A stretch of DNA of 64,000 nt from IMG/VR virus record IMGVR_UViG_3300027668_001405, positions 32,001 through 96,000 of that record; one strand, written 5' to 3'. The position numbers and the translations under genes were made by a program. The notes under the pieces were generated by a model. The model did not search any database. It was not told the origin of the DNA and was given only the letters and a program-made list of their open reading frames with translations. Source of the stretch: a virus. Each line of letters opens with the position of its first letter. Positions within the stretch are counted from its first letter, which is position 1. Positions 19,120-28,517 of the stretch are shown here, in pieces.

Positions 19120-19153
19120 ACCAAAATAAACCAAATTAATTGCAATTTACCGG

Positions 19154-19182
19154 TTGACAAGTAAGACGTCTTGCCGTATAAT
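19154..19182 (+). promoter_or_regulatory. sigma70-type early promoter
   Basis: TTGACA-17-TATAAT with A-rich upstream tract (CAAAATAAAC x2). Confidence 0.85.
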
Positions 19183-19217
19183 TAGTATATAAGTTAAACA
19201 AAAGAAGGAAAGATAAA

Positions 19218-19397
19218 ATGATTAGATTAGTACTTGCGTTTTTATGTTTTATTTTAGCAGTTGGTTGCATTGACGGTCCTAGCGGATATGAGTCAGATTG
19301 GTGGGCTGGTTGTTTTGGATTTATGTTTACTGGTATTGCGTTGTTCCTATGGGCACTACGTGATGGAAAAGTAGCAGAACTTAACGAGATTAAATAA
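19218..19397 (+). CDS. small two-helix membrane protein (59 aa), not in the ORF track
   Basis: Manual translation MIRLVLAFLCFILAVGCIDGPSGYESDWWAGCFGFMFTGIALFLWALRDGKVAELNEIK; RBS AAGGA; directly after a promoter. Confidence 0.7.
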   Translation: MIRLVLAFLCFILAVGCIDGPSGYESDWWAGCFGFMFTGIALFLWALRDGKVAELNEIK

Positions 19398-19400
19398 AGG

Positions 19401-19429
19401 TTGACAAGTAAGGCTTCTTGCCTTACAAT
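19401..19429 (+). promoter_or_regulatory. sigma70-type early promoter
   Basis: TTGACA-17-TACAAT; spacer nearly identical to that of the 19154 promoter (agtaag..tcttgcc). Confidence 0.8.
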
Positions 19430-19485
19430 AGTATTATATGCCAAAAAAGAAAACTATTTCAAACTTTGAAGAAGGAAAAAAAGAT

Positions 19486-20610
19486 ATGAAAACTGCAGCA
19501 TCAGAATCGCGTACTGTGAAAATTAGTGAAGCTACTACACTTATTACACGTGCATTTAAAAAGAAGCGTCCTGTGTTTTTGTGGGGTCCTCCAGGAATTG
19601 GTAAATCCGAACTAGTGCAAACTATTGGTGACAGTGGTGCTCTTGGCAATACACTTGTTATTGATATGCGTCTTGCATTATTTGAGCCAACTGACTTACG
19701 TGGGTATCCTGTACCTAATATGGAAACAGGTGTTATGCAATGGCTTCCGCCAGCAGACTTGCCAAGCAAGGAACTAGCGGCAAAGTACGATACAGTAATT
19801 GTATTCCTAGACGAGATGAACTCAGCGGCACCAAGTGTGCAGGCAGCGGGTTATCAATTAATTTTAAATCGACGTATTGGACAGTATGTACTTCCAGATA
19901 ACGTTGTAATGATTGCCGCAGGTAATCGTGAGACAGACAAAGGTGTTACTTATCGTATGCCTAAGCCACTTGAGAATCGTTTTGTACACTTTGAATTACG
20001 TGTAGATTTCCAAGATTGGTTAAACTGGGCAGTACACAATAACGTTGACGCAGACGTAGTTGGTTACTTGTCATTTGCTAAAGGCGATCTTTATAACTTT
20101 GATCCACAATCAAGTTCACGTGGATTTGCTACGCCTCGAGCTTGGACGTTTACATCAGAACTTATTGATGATGCAGATGATCTAAGTGATTCATTACAGA
20201 CTGACTTAGTTGCAGGTTGTGTTGGAGAAGGTATTGCTGTTAAGTTTATGGCACACCGTAAGATTGCAGGCGACCTTCCTATTCCAGAAGATGTACTTGA
20301 TGGTAAGGTTAAAACTATCAAAACTAACGAAGTGTCAGCAATGTATGCAATGGCAACTAGCTTGTGTTATGAGCTACGTGATCGACATATTGCTGGTGAG
20401 AAAGCTGGTGCAGATTCTAAAGAGATGGAAAAGTATCACAAGAGCTTCTCAAACTTTATTGGGTTTATGATGGACACAATGGAAACTGAGATGGTTGTTA
20501 TGGCATCCAGGATTGCAATGCAACAGTATAAGCTAGTACCTAAGCAAAAGAAAATTGAACGCTTTGATGAATATTTTGGACGTTATGGTCGACTCGTACT
20601 TGACGCCTAA
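19486..20610 (+). CDS. MoxR-family AAA+ ATPase
   Basis: GPPGIGKS, DLRG, VFLDEMN, AAGNR, LENRF, TPRAW; start chosen after RBS GAAGGA (alternative ATG 19438). Confidence 0.88.
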   Translation: MKTAASESRTVKISEATTLITRAFKKKRPVFLWGPPGIGKSELVQTIGDSGALGNTLVIDMRLALFEPTDLRGYPVPNMETGVMQWLPPADLPSKELAAKYDTVIVFLDEMNSAAPSVQAAGYQLILNRRIGQYVLPDNVVMIAAGNRETDKGVTYRMPKPLENRFVHFELRVDFQDWLNWAVHNNVDADVVGYLSFAKGDLYNFDPQSSSRGFATPRAWTFTSELIDDADDLSDSLQTDLVAGCVGEGIAVKFMAHRKIAGDLPIPEDVLDGKVKTIKTNEVSAMYAMATSLCYELRDRHIAGEKAGADSKEMEKYHKSFSNFIGFMMDTMETEMVVMASRIAMQQYKLVPKQKKIERFDEYFGRYGRLVLDA

Positions 20611-20611
20611 G

Positions 20612-20926
20612 TTGGAAGAGGGGGAGACAGTTAATCTCTCCCTTTACAATCCACGCCAAAGGACTAACATTCGATTGTATGGACTTAAATGCAAAGATTG
20701 GACCCCTTTAGATATATTTGATTACAAGCACAAATGGTTAGCAGAGGAACATGAGGAACTACGCATTGACCCAGATAGACTTACACAAGCCGCTAAATGG
20801 TGTAAAACAAATCTCTTCCACCAAGACTTTACTATTAACAAATTTGCTTCACCAGACGACAGTCATATGATTTTGTTTAAAAACAGTGCAGAAGCTATGC
20901 TATTTAGACTCAGTATTAATGGTTGA
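20612..20926 (+). CDS. hypothetical protein (start uncertain)
   Basis: Part of ORF 20555..20926; TTG at 20612 is in frame. Confidence 0.5.
   Translation: MEEGETVNLSLYNPRQRTNIRLYGLKCKDWTPLDIFDYKHKWLAEEHEELRIDPDRLTQAAKWCKTNLFHQDFTINKFASPDDSHMILFKNSAEAMLFRLSING
20619..20646 (+). terminator. hairpin after the MoxR gene, possible terminator
   Basis: AGGGGGAGA-cagttaa-TCTCTCCCT stem; short U tract; may lie inside the next ORF. Confidence 0.35.
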
Positions 20927-20951
20927 CAATAGGTATTGTTTATCGTATAAT
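20923..20951 (+). promoter_or_regulatory. sigma70-type early promoter
   Basis: TTGACA-17-TATAAT, then RBS AGGAG. Confidence 0.85.
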
Positions 20952-20984
20952 GTATATAATAGTTAGAAATTAGGAGTTTTATTA

Positions 20985-22163
20985 ATGTTAAAAACTGCAG
21001 AAGAAAGAATTACACAGTCTAGAGTTAGACTTTTACTAACAAAACCTTTCTTTGGTCAACTAGCTGTACGTTTAAAACTAGAAGATGCAAGTGACTGGAT
21101 CCCTACTGCCGCAACAGACGGTCGTAGATTTATGTTTAACAGAGGTTTTGTAGATAGTCTTACAGATGAGATGCTAGACTTTCTAGTTGGACATGAAGTA
21201 TTACATTGTGTATTTGATCACATGGAATCTAGAGGCGAACGAGATGCACAGCTATATAATGCTGCCGCAGACTATAACATTAACATGACATTAGTAGAGC
21301 AGAATATTGGAGCTCCAATTACAGAAGATAAACTAGGCGGCGGAAAGATATGCTTAGATTGGAAATACACTGGTTGGAATAGCTATGAGATATATGATGA
21401 CTTGAAGGCGAATAACGAAGATGCTAAAGGCATGGACGTTCACTTAGAAGATGGCGTAGATGGAGAAGGCAACGCAGTTGCAGATCCTAATGCAGGAAGC
21501 CCAATGTCAGAAGAAGAAAAGAAGCAACTCTCAGATGAGATTAAGCAAGCTACAATACAAGCGGCACAGAGTGCAGGACAAGGTGTTCCAGATGCTGTTA
21601 AACGTTTAATCAATGAGCTTATTGCTCCTAAGATGGACTGGCGTGATGTGCTAGCTACTAACATTGAAAGTTCAATTAAAGCAGACTTTACATTTATGCG
21701 TCCTAGTAAGCGTTCAGGAGAAGTTATATTTCCAGGCATGGACAGAGACGAATGTTTAGACATTGCAGTTGGACTTGATACATCAGGTAGTATTAGTCAA
21801 GTTATGTTACGTGACTTCCTAAGTGAAGTACAAGGCATTATGGATCAATACGCTCAGTACAAAGTACACATTTTCCAATTTGATACAGGTGTGTATGGTG
21901 CAGAAGAATTTACAAGTGATGATGGTCGTACAATGCAAGACTATGAATTAAAAGGTGGCGGTGGAACAGACTTTGATGTTATCTTTAATTACTTAGAGCA
22001 GTATGATATTGATCCGGACCAGTTGGTTATATTCACAGATGGATATCCATGGGGTTCATGGGGCAACCCAGACTACTGTGATACATTATTTTGTATCCAC
22101 AGCGACAAACAAAAACGTATAGAAGCGCCATTTGGTGTAACAGTACACTATGAGGCAGCATAA
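20985..22163 (+). CDS. metallopeptidase-like plus VWA-domain protein (DUF2201-like), MoxR partner
   Basis: TAATDG, HEVLH zincin motif, MIDAS DTSGS, GGGGTDF, IFTDG. Confidence 0.85.
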   Translation: MLKTAEERITQSRVRLLLTKPFFGQLAVRLKLEDASDWIPTAATDGRRFMFNRGFVDSLTDEMLDFLVGHEVLHCVFDHMESRGERDAQLYNAAADYNINMTLVEQNIGAPITEDKLGGGKICLDWKYTGWNSYEIYDDLKANNEDAKGMDVHLEDGVDGEGNAVADPNAGSPMSEEEKKQLSDEIKQATIQAAQSAGQGVPDAVKRLINELIAPKMDWRDVLATNIESSIKADFTFMRPSKRSGEVIFPGMDRDECLDIAVGLDTSGSISQVMLRDFLSEVQGIMDQYAQYKVHIFQFDTGVYGAEEFTSDDGRTMQDYELKGGGGTDFDVIFNYLEQYDIDPDQLVIFTDGYPWGSWGNPDYCDTLFCIHSDKQKRIEAPFGVTVHYEAA

Positions 22164-22164
22164 T

Positions 22165-22479
22165 ATGGAAACAAAAACTAAAAATAAAATTCGTGTAGTA
22201 AACAATGGCGGAAGCCTAAGTGAAACAGACCTGACGTTAATCGCAGGAACAGATTTAGTAATGCAGATGATGCGTAATCGCATTGTCGTTGTTACTAATA
22301 ACAATGATATAGACTGGACAACCCTTATGGATGATATTCCAGGCTTGTATCATATTAGACCTTTAGATAAGTCTAAGCAAATATACCAGTTATGGTTTGA
22401 GTTTCAGTCTGACATAGACCAATTCAATAAAAACTTATATGTCAGTAAATTAAGCAACACTGCCCACGAAGCGGCATAA
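22165..22479 (+). CDS. hypothetical protein
   Basis: Co-directional ORF. Confidence 0.6.
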   Translation: METKTKNKIRVVNNGGSLSETDLTLIAGTDLVMQMMRNRIVVVTNNNDIDWTTLMDDIPGLYHIRPLDKSKQIYQLWFEFQSDIDQFNKNLYVSKLSNTAHEAA

Positions 22480-22482
22480 ATA
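22475..22482 (+). promoter_or_regulatory. late promoter motif CATAAATA
   Basis: At a gene end, before RBS AGGAG and ATG 22523. Confidence 0.5.
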
Positions 22483-22522
22483 AACATAGTAGTTAATTAA
22501 ATCTACATAGGAGAATAATACA

Positions 22523-22756
22523 ATGAGTGAAGAAAATAATACCCCAATAGAAGGCGATGTTCAATTATCAATCCAAGACATCGTTCTTGCGGCAAACATT
22601 ATTGACCTTGGTATGCAACGTGGCGCTTATAAAGCGGCTGAAGCTACACAAGTAGGAAAATGTTTTGAGAAACTGGTAACGTTTATCAAAGCTAACACGC
22701 CGGACACGGCAACAACAGAAGCACCAGCTGAAGAAGCTGAGGCTCCAAAGGAGTAA
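22523..22756 (+). CDS. hypothetical protein
   Basis: 77 aa, strong RBS. Confidence 0.7.
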   Translation: MSEENNTPIEGDVQLSIQDIVLAANIIDLGMQRGAYKAAEATQVGKCFEKLVTFIKANTPDTATTEAPAEEAEAPKE

Positions 22757-22758
22757 AT

Positions 22759-23472
22759 ATGAGAAATACAAAACACGTTGGTAAACTGTCCAACACAGGA
22801 AAGCGTATCGTAGTAGTTTTTAGAGAGCTACCCGATGATGCAAACAGTTGTTTAGTAGTTGATACAGATGCACTTCCAGATTGGATGCAAGATAATGTAT
22901 TAAATGCAGTAGATAGCCCAGGTGCTCAAGCATCTGCTAACTTCTACGAGTATGCAGAACGTACGGTTCTCACAGACGGCAGTAACATGTTGCAAACTTT
23001 GCACAAGACTGGACGTTTAATGAAGCAACCAACTTCTAACGTAATGATGACACCTAATAACGATGTAGCTGTAGGGCTTGCCGAGATTAATGAGTTAGTA
23101 CGTAAAGAAGGTGGACCAGCTGTAGTGATTCCAGATGAAACAGAAGCGGTGCTTCCTGGGAAGGATACAGTTGATTTAATGACACCAGCTGAACGTAGAG
23201 TTGCAATTAATGAAGGACGTTTGGACCCGACTATGGATCCTAACTACACTGCTCCTAAAGGTGCACCTGCATTACAGGCCAGTGGTGATGAGATGCTTGA
23301 CGATACTGCTATGGCAAAGAACTTGCTAGCACAAGCTAAAGGCTTTGAAGAAGAAGCTAAAAGTTTGAAAGCACAGGCTTATGATATGGTACCAGGTTTA
23401 AAGCCAGGTCCAAAAAAGCCAGTCAAGGCAACGGCAACTAAAGCTGATGCAAAAGATACTGTAAAAGTATAA
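22759..23472 (+). CDS. conserved phage hypothetical protein
   Basis: 237 aa, RBS AGGAG. Confidence 0.7.
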   Translation: MRNTKHVGKLSNTGKRIVVVFRELPDDANSCLVVDTDALPDWMQDNVLNAVDSPGAQASANFYEYAERTVLTDGSNMLQTLHKTGRLMKQPTSNVMMTPNNDVAVGLAEINELVRKEGGPAVVIPDETEAVLPGKDTVDLMTPAERRVAINEGRLDPTMDPNYTAPKGAPALQASGDEMLDDTAMAKNLLAQAKGFEEEAKSLKAQAYDMVPGLKPGPKKPVKATATKADAKDTVKV

Positions 23473-23494
23473 TTCATCTTTAAGGACGACAACA

Positions 23495-23788
23495 ATGGCG
23501 ATTGAACGGAAAGACAGATCCTTCGATCTGATCTTTGACCAGGTATCTATGGATCATGTTCCTGCTGAATATATCAGAGAAATTATGGTTGACTTAGGTA
23601 CTGGTGAAAGAATAACACTAACTAAAGATGACTTGTTGCTGATTAAGAACAAATCAGCTGATGACATTATATCTGCATTAAGTGTAGATAACATGTCTAA
23701 TATTAGTTTGAAGCTAGACTATGAAGCAATTAAGTCAGATGTGTTACGTGGAGTAACAGGCTTCTTAGGAAAGCATTTTGACGAATAG
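23495..23788 (+). CDS. hypothetical protein
   Basis: 97 aa, RBS AGGA. Confidence 0.65.
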   Translation: MAIERKDRSFDLIFDQVSMDHVPAEYIREIMVDLGTGERITLTKDDLLLIKNKSADDIISALSVDNMSNISLKLDYEAIKSDVLRGVTGFLGKHFDE

Positions 23789-24467
23789 TAACAATATTTG
23801 GATGTGTGGCATCCCCGGTAGTAGATGGAGCGGAATTGATATACAGATCCGCTCCGTGCTATCGTGCGATCGTTCAGATGAAACACGAGCTAGAACCTTT
23901 TACCATAGAGCATATAACCCCTCGGACAGCAATAACGGACATCGTGGCTCTTATTGGGGACCCGGTATGGGCTGTGGAGAGGACTGGACTGATTTCAATC
24001 ATTTAACAAAAGATAAGATTGAGACTGATATACATAACGTTTTTAACGGAGATGGATATCGAGTTATAAAGAACCATTTCTTAGCTCGTCACTTTAATTT
24101 AGATTACATTTGGAATAACTTTCCAGGTGATAAAATAGTACTCATTTATAGAGAACCTCAAAAGAGTTTTGCATGGTGGAGTGAAGTAATGGATTTTAGT
24201 GATCATCACTACCCAAACTACACGCCAGGATACACAGACTACAACACTATGCGTGAGCTACTTTGGAAAGAGAGTGCAAAAATTACAGACTTTGCACTAC
24301 AAAAAGGAATACAGTTTAAACCATACAATGTATCAGAATTTAAACATTGGAATGGATACGATATTGATATAGCTTCGGAGTATGAGATGATAAATATTAC
24401 TAAGCACAATGATGTATATATTGCATCAGTAACAATACCGGAAAAACTAAATGCAGTCCCCCTTTAA
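23778..24467 (+). CDS. hypothetical protein, possibly sulfotransferase/P-loop-like fold
   Basis: N-terminal MCGIPGSRWSG, later VIKNH and IVLIYR resemble the sulfotransferase layout; weak. Confidence 0.45.
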   Translation: MTNSNNIWMCGIPGSRWSGIDIQIRSVLSCDRSDETRARTFYHRAYNPSDSNNGHRGSYWGPGMGCGEDWTDFNHLTKDKIETDIHNVFNGDGYRVIKNHFLARHFNLDYIWNNFPGDKIVLIYREPQKSFAWWSEVMDFSDHHYPNYTPGYTDYNTMRELLWKESAKITDFALQKGIQFKPYNVSEFKHWNGYDIDIASEYEMINITKHNDVYIASVTIPEKLNAVPL

Positions 24468-25155
24468 AACACCATACCATTTTGATAAGTTTAAAACTGA
24501 TCACGAAGGCGAATATTCTAAGAGTATTGGCGTGTTTCAAGGTGATTGGGCTGATGAGATTGTGCATGCAAGAAGCAAGGCTATGGACGAACAGAAATAC
24601 AATACACAACGATACGAACATGCTGCCAATGCTAAGAGCGAGAATCATACAGAAGAAGATAAAGAAAACACAGATGGTAAGCCTTCTGCAATGATGTTCC
24701 GCAAGATAAATTTTGATAAATACCCAGGAGAATTTCCACTATTCCAAAAGATAGTGGAGCATCTAAAGTTTGATACAAGTAAGAAACTGACATGTAAATT
24801 TAATGATCAATATCCAAATGATCAGCTTATGTGGCACATAGACAACTTGCCCGGTAACCCACGTAAGGAACGTGTAATTGACAATCCAGAGTTTAACTAC
24901 GCTAATGACAATAAGATACGTTTTTTAATTACGATGGAAGATTGGGAACCAGGACAGATAATACAGTTTGGTAACAGAATATATACTCAATGGAAAGCAG
25001 GTACTGCTTTTACTTGGGAATGGAGTACGCTACCACACTTAACATGGAACGGCAGTTGGACCAAACGTCCATGTCTACAACTAACAGGAACTGCAACGCC
25101 AGATACATGGAATATTGTAAATGAAGGCAATGCAGAAACAACCTATAAAATTTAA
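24451..25155 (+). CDS. 2OG-Fe(II)/cupin-type oxygenase-like protein
   Basis: WHIDN (HxD), DWEPGQ, LPHLTWN (distal His), RPCLQLTG. Confidence 0.7.
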   Translation: MQSPFKTPYHFDKFKTDHEGEYSKSIGVFQGDWADEIVHARSKAMDEQKYNTQRYEHAANAKSENHTEEDKENTDGKPSAMMFRKINFDKYPGEFPLFQKIVEHLKFDTSKKLTCKFNDQYPNDQLMWHIDNLPGNPRKERVIDNPEFNYANDNKIRFLITMEDWEPGQIIQFGNRIYTQWKAGTAFTWEWSTLPHLTWNGSWTKRPCLQLTGTATPDTWNIVNEGNAETTYKI

Positions 25156-25167
25156 AGGATAATAATT

Positions 25168-26592
25168 ATGGCAGAAAACAAGTTACCCTCGGATACGTTT
25201 TGTATACTACCGTGGATACATTTAAGCACAAGACCAGACGGAAGTATGCGTGTGTGTTGTACAGCTAATGCAAGTGCAGTAGGAGCAACAAATGATAAAG
25301 TACATGGCGGTCGAGTTGGAATTGTAAAAACAGATGATGGTAAACCTGCTAACTTAAACAACAGTGATTTGAATAGTGCGTGGAACAATAGTTACATGCG
25401 TGGCGTTAGACAACAAATGATGGCTGGTGAACAACCACCTAGTTGTGTAAAATGTTATAAAGAAGAAGCGGCTGGACACAGGTCTAAAAGACAGTGGGAA
25501 ACAGACTATTGGATTAAAGACGGTATCGACGTTGAAGATTTAATAAGGGAAACTTACGAAGATGGAAGTACTGATTCTAAACTACGCTATATTGATATCC
25601 GTATGGGGACGAAATGCCAGTTGGGGTGCGTTATGTGTAGCCCACATGACTCTTCAGGCTGGGTAAAAGATTGGAACAAACTATATCCACAAATTACAAA
25701 TGAATCCTTAAAAGAAACTATGAATTGGGATGCTAAAGGTAAGACCTTTGGTGCAAACTATAACTGGCACAAAAACAACCCAACGTTTTGGGATCAGTTT
25801 TATGCACAGATTCCTTATATCAGACAACTATACTTTGCTGGTGGTGAATCAACAGTTATTGAAGAACATTATTCAATCCTATCTAAAGTTATTGAGATGG
25901 GTTACGCACATCAAATTGAAGTGCGTTATAACAGTAATGGTATTGAACTACCAGATCGTTTGCTAGAGCTATGGACACACTTTGAAAAGGTACGTTTCCA
26001 TTACAGTATTGACAGCATTGGTCCAATGAATGATTATATTCGTTATCCAAGTGAATGGTCACATCAGCTAGCAATGTTTGAACGCCTAGATCAAAAGACA
26101 AGTAACAACGTAGAAATTACAATTGCGTGTGCAGTTAATGCACTTAACATTCATTACATTCCAGACTTCCTTAAATGGAAACTTCAGGATAGCGGACTTA
26201 AGAAAACAAATATGTGGCCTTTTGGAGCAGGTGGTATTAACTATCACTTTGTATACTGGCCCGGACATTTGAATGTTAAGATATTGCCAGATGAATTCCT
26301 AGACAAAACAGAAGCCAAGTATGAAGAATTTATTCAATGGTGGAAAGAGAATTGGGAGCTAGGTGTTCCAAGTTGGCATAAGGGTAAAGTAGACTATCAG
26401 AAATGGGAAGATGCTAGTTATGGTATCAAACGTTTACGTGGTATGATTAGCTTTGCTCGTAGTGAAGATTGGACACGCCGACTACCCGAGTTTAGAGAGT
26501 ATATAAACAAGTTAGATGAATTGCGTGGAACAGACTTCCGTGCAACATTCCCAGACATGGCTTACTTGCTTGATGAACCGGATGACACCTGA
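25168..26592 (+). CDS. radical SAM protein with N-terminal twitch/SPASM-like domain
   Basis: FCILPW..VCC..CVKC; CQLGCVMC; AGGE; SNG. Confidence 0.9.
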   Translation: MAENKLPSDTFCILPWIHLSTRPDGSMRVCCTANASAVGATNDKVHGGRVGIVKTDDGKPANLNNSDLNSAWNNSYMRGVRQQMMAGEQPPSCVKCYKEEAAGHRSKRQWETDYWIKDGIDVEDLIRETYEDGSTDSKLRYIDIRMGTKCQLGCVMCSPHDSSGWVKDWNKLYPQITNESLKETMNWDAKGKTFGANYNWHKNNPTFWDQFYAQIPYIRQLYFAGGESTVIEEHYSILSKVIEMGYAHQIEVRYNSNGIELPDRLLELWTHFEKVRFHYSIDSIGPMNDYIRYPSEWSHQLAMFERLDQKTSNNVEITIACAVNALNIHYIPDFLKWKLQDSGLKKTNMWPFGAGGINYHFVYWPGHLNVKILPDEFLDKTEAKYEEFIQWWKENWELGVPSWHKGKVDYQKWEDASYGIKRLRGMISFARSEDWTRRLPEFREYINKLDELRGTDFRATFPDMAYLLDEPDDT

Positions 26593-26788
26593 GGTTCGTA
26601 AAGAGGCCCATCGACGTTTTTGGATGATCAAGGGCCACTTAGCCTGTAAGGATTGGGACGATGATGCATTATACAAAATGCACGAAAGTTACTTGAAGCG
26701 TTTATGGGGTAATGAAGAAGCATACCTTTGGGAAGAAGGTTTTGAAGAAGCATACTTTAAGTTAACAAATGAACAACCATCAAACTAA
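26573..26788 (+). CDS. small aromatic/acidic protein (about 71 aa)
   Basis: In-frame ATG 26573 of ORF 26516..26788; overlaps both flanking RS genes. Confidence 0.6.
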   Translation: MNRMTPEVRKEAHRRFWMIKGHLACKDWDDDALYKMHESYLKRLWGNEEAYLWEEGFEEAYFKLTNEQPSN

Positions 26789-27980
26789 TACAGACACACA
26801 TTGCACACTGCCTTGGAGTGGTGCGGCAGTTGATGCTGGTGGCAGGGTTGTACCTTGTTGTAGATGGATGGGACCACATGGTGACTTAGACAATGCTCCT
26901 AAAATAGCTAATGGATTAGAAAACGCAAGGAACAGTAAGTTCTTTGAAACAGTACGACAAAGTATGTTAGATGGAAAACGTATTAATGGATGTAAGAAAT
27001 GTTGGGAAGAAGAAGATTTCTTTGGTCCTGAACATCAACAGCGTTGGTTACGTTTACAGCACAATCATAACATACAGGCACTGTCAGTTAATGGAGTAGC
27101 AAACATGACTACCACTGCTCCTACAAAGCTACGGTACCTAGAAACAGGTATAAGCAACCTATGTAACTTTGCTTGTGTAATGTGCAACTCTGCAACCAGC
27201 AGTACGATACACAATATAACAGTCAAAGGCAAAATGCCTAAGAGCTTCCATCAAAACAATAGCGTAATAGATTCAGACTTATCAGAGCTACAATATTTGA
27301 AATTTGTAGGTGGTGAGCCCATGATGGAACGCAAGCATGATGAATTATTAGAAAAGGTTGTTGCATTAAACAATAACCCAACATCACTAGAATTAGAGTA
27401 CCATACTAATGCAAGTATATTTCCAAGCGAGCGTGTAACTACTGCATGGAAGAAAGTAAAATCAGTAAGGATTATATTTAGTTTAGACGGTGTGTATGAG
27501 AAATCTAAACTACAGCGTCCAGGTAGATACAAATGGCAAGATGTAGAAGATACAGTACATAAATATGTACAGCTAGCAGACAAAGTTAATATTATATTCT
27601 CAAGCAATACAGTGTTGACAGCATTGAATGTTGGGCAAGTAATAGATATACTTGAATGGTTATACTCGAGAATAGGACACAAACAACTTGGGTGGTTTAA
27701 TGTACATAAACTGTTTAATGAAAGGTTTAAGTATATAGACCTACGTAATATAAGTCAAGAGAAGAAAACTATTATAAGAAAAGAGTTAACAGATTGGGCG
27801 GCAACAGGTCACCCAGCACTAGACACTCCGCTGAAATCAGTGTATAATGAGACTATAGAAGCACTAGATACACCACCTAGTGGTACATTGACTCTTAGTA
27901 GAGAGTTAATATTAGAAAAGCATTTCCAAAATGATATATGGAAGTACTTCAAAGAAGAATTAAAGGACCTAGAAATATAA
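26769..27980 (+). CDS. radical SAM protein with N-terminal twitch/SPASM-like domain
   Basis: HCTLPW..PCC..CKKC; CNFACVMC; GGEP; HTNA. Confidence 0.9.
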   Translation: MNNHQTNTDTHCTLPWSGAAVDAGGRVVPCCRWMGPHGDLDNAPKIANGLENARNSKFFETVRQSMLDGKRINGCKKCWEEEDFFGPEHQQRWLRLQHNHNIQALSVNGVANMTTTAPTKLRYLETGISNLCNFACVMCNSATSSTIHNITVKGKMPKSFHQNNSVIDSDLSELQYLKFVGGEPMMERKHDELLEKVVALNNNPTSLELEYHTNASIFPSERVTTAWKKVKSVRIIFSLDGVYEKSKLQRPGRYKWQDVEDTVHKYVQLADKVNIIFSSNTVLTALNVGQVIDILEWLYSRIGHKQLGWFNVHKLFNERFKYIDLRNISQEKKTIIRKELTDWAATGHPALDTPLKSVYNETIEALDTPPSGTLTLSRELILEKHFQNDIWKYFKEELKDLEI

Positions 27981-28516
27981 TGAAATACATTTTAGTAGCT
28001 CTAAAAGCAGAATTGCCAGAGCATAATTTAGACCCTACATCATACAAAGTATGGTATACTGGTGTTGGTAAAGTAAATGCATCTATATGGGCAACACTTG
28101 CATGCATACAAAAAGACTGTGAAGCAGTTATTAACTACGGAACAGCAGGTGCATTTAATAGTGAACTAGCAGAACAGTTACTACACATTGGTACAGTAAA
28201 GCAACGTGACATGGATACAAGGCCACAAGCAGAACTAGGTGTTACTCCGTTTGAAGACAGTGGATTTGAAGGTGACATTAAACTTAGTAATAGTGCATAT
28301 ACATGTAGCACTGGTGATAACTTTGTAACAGAGGTTCCAGAATTAGAAAGTGATTGTGTTGATATGGAAGCATATGCAATTGCTAAAGTATGTAAGCACT
28401 TCCAAAAGAATTGCATAGTTTACAAATATATTAGTGACCTAGCAGATTCAGATGCTGCGGCAACGTGGGTAGAGAATCAACACAAAGGAGCAGATGCTTT
28501 TATAGCAATGACCTAG
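27980..28516 (+). CDS. mtnN: MTA/SAH nucleosidase (PNP_UDP_1 family)
   Basis: TGVGKVNA, INYGTAG, TGDNFV, VDMEAYAIA, ISD. Confidence 0.85.
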   Translation: MKYILVALKAELPEHNLDPTSYKVWYTGVGKVNASIWATLACIQKDCEAVINYGTAGAFNSELAEQLLHIGTVKQRDMDTRPQAELGVTPFEDSGFEGDIKLSNSAYTCSTGDNFVTEVPELESDCVDMEAYAIAKVCKHFQKNCIVYKYISDLADSDAAATWVENQHKGADAFIAMT

Positions 28517-28517
28517 T

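Noticed and set aside
19112-19135. CAAAATAAAC tandem repeat as an origin iteron
   Set aside because: Only about 2.4 copies, directly upstream of a -35 box; better explained as an UP-like element.
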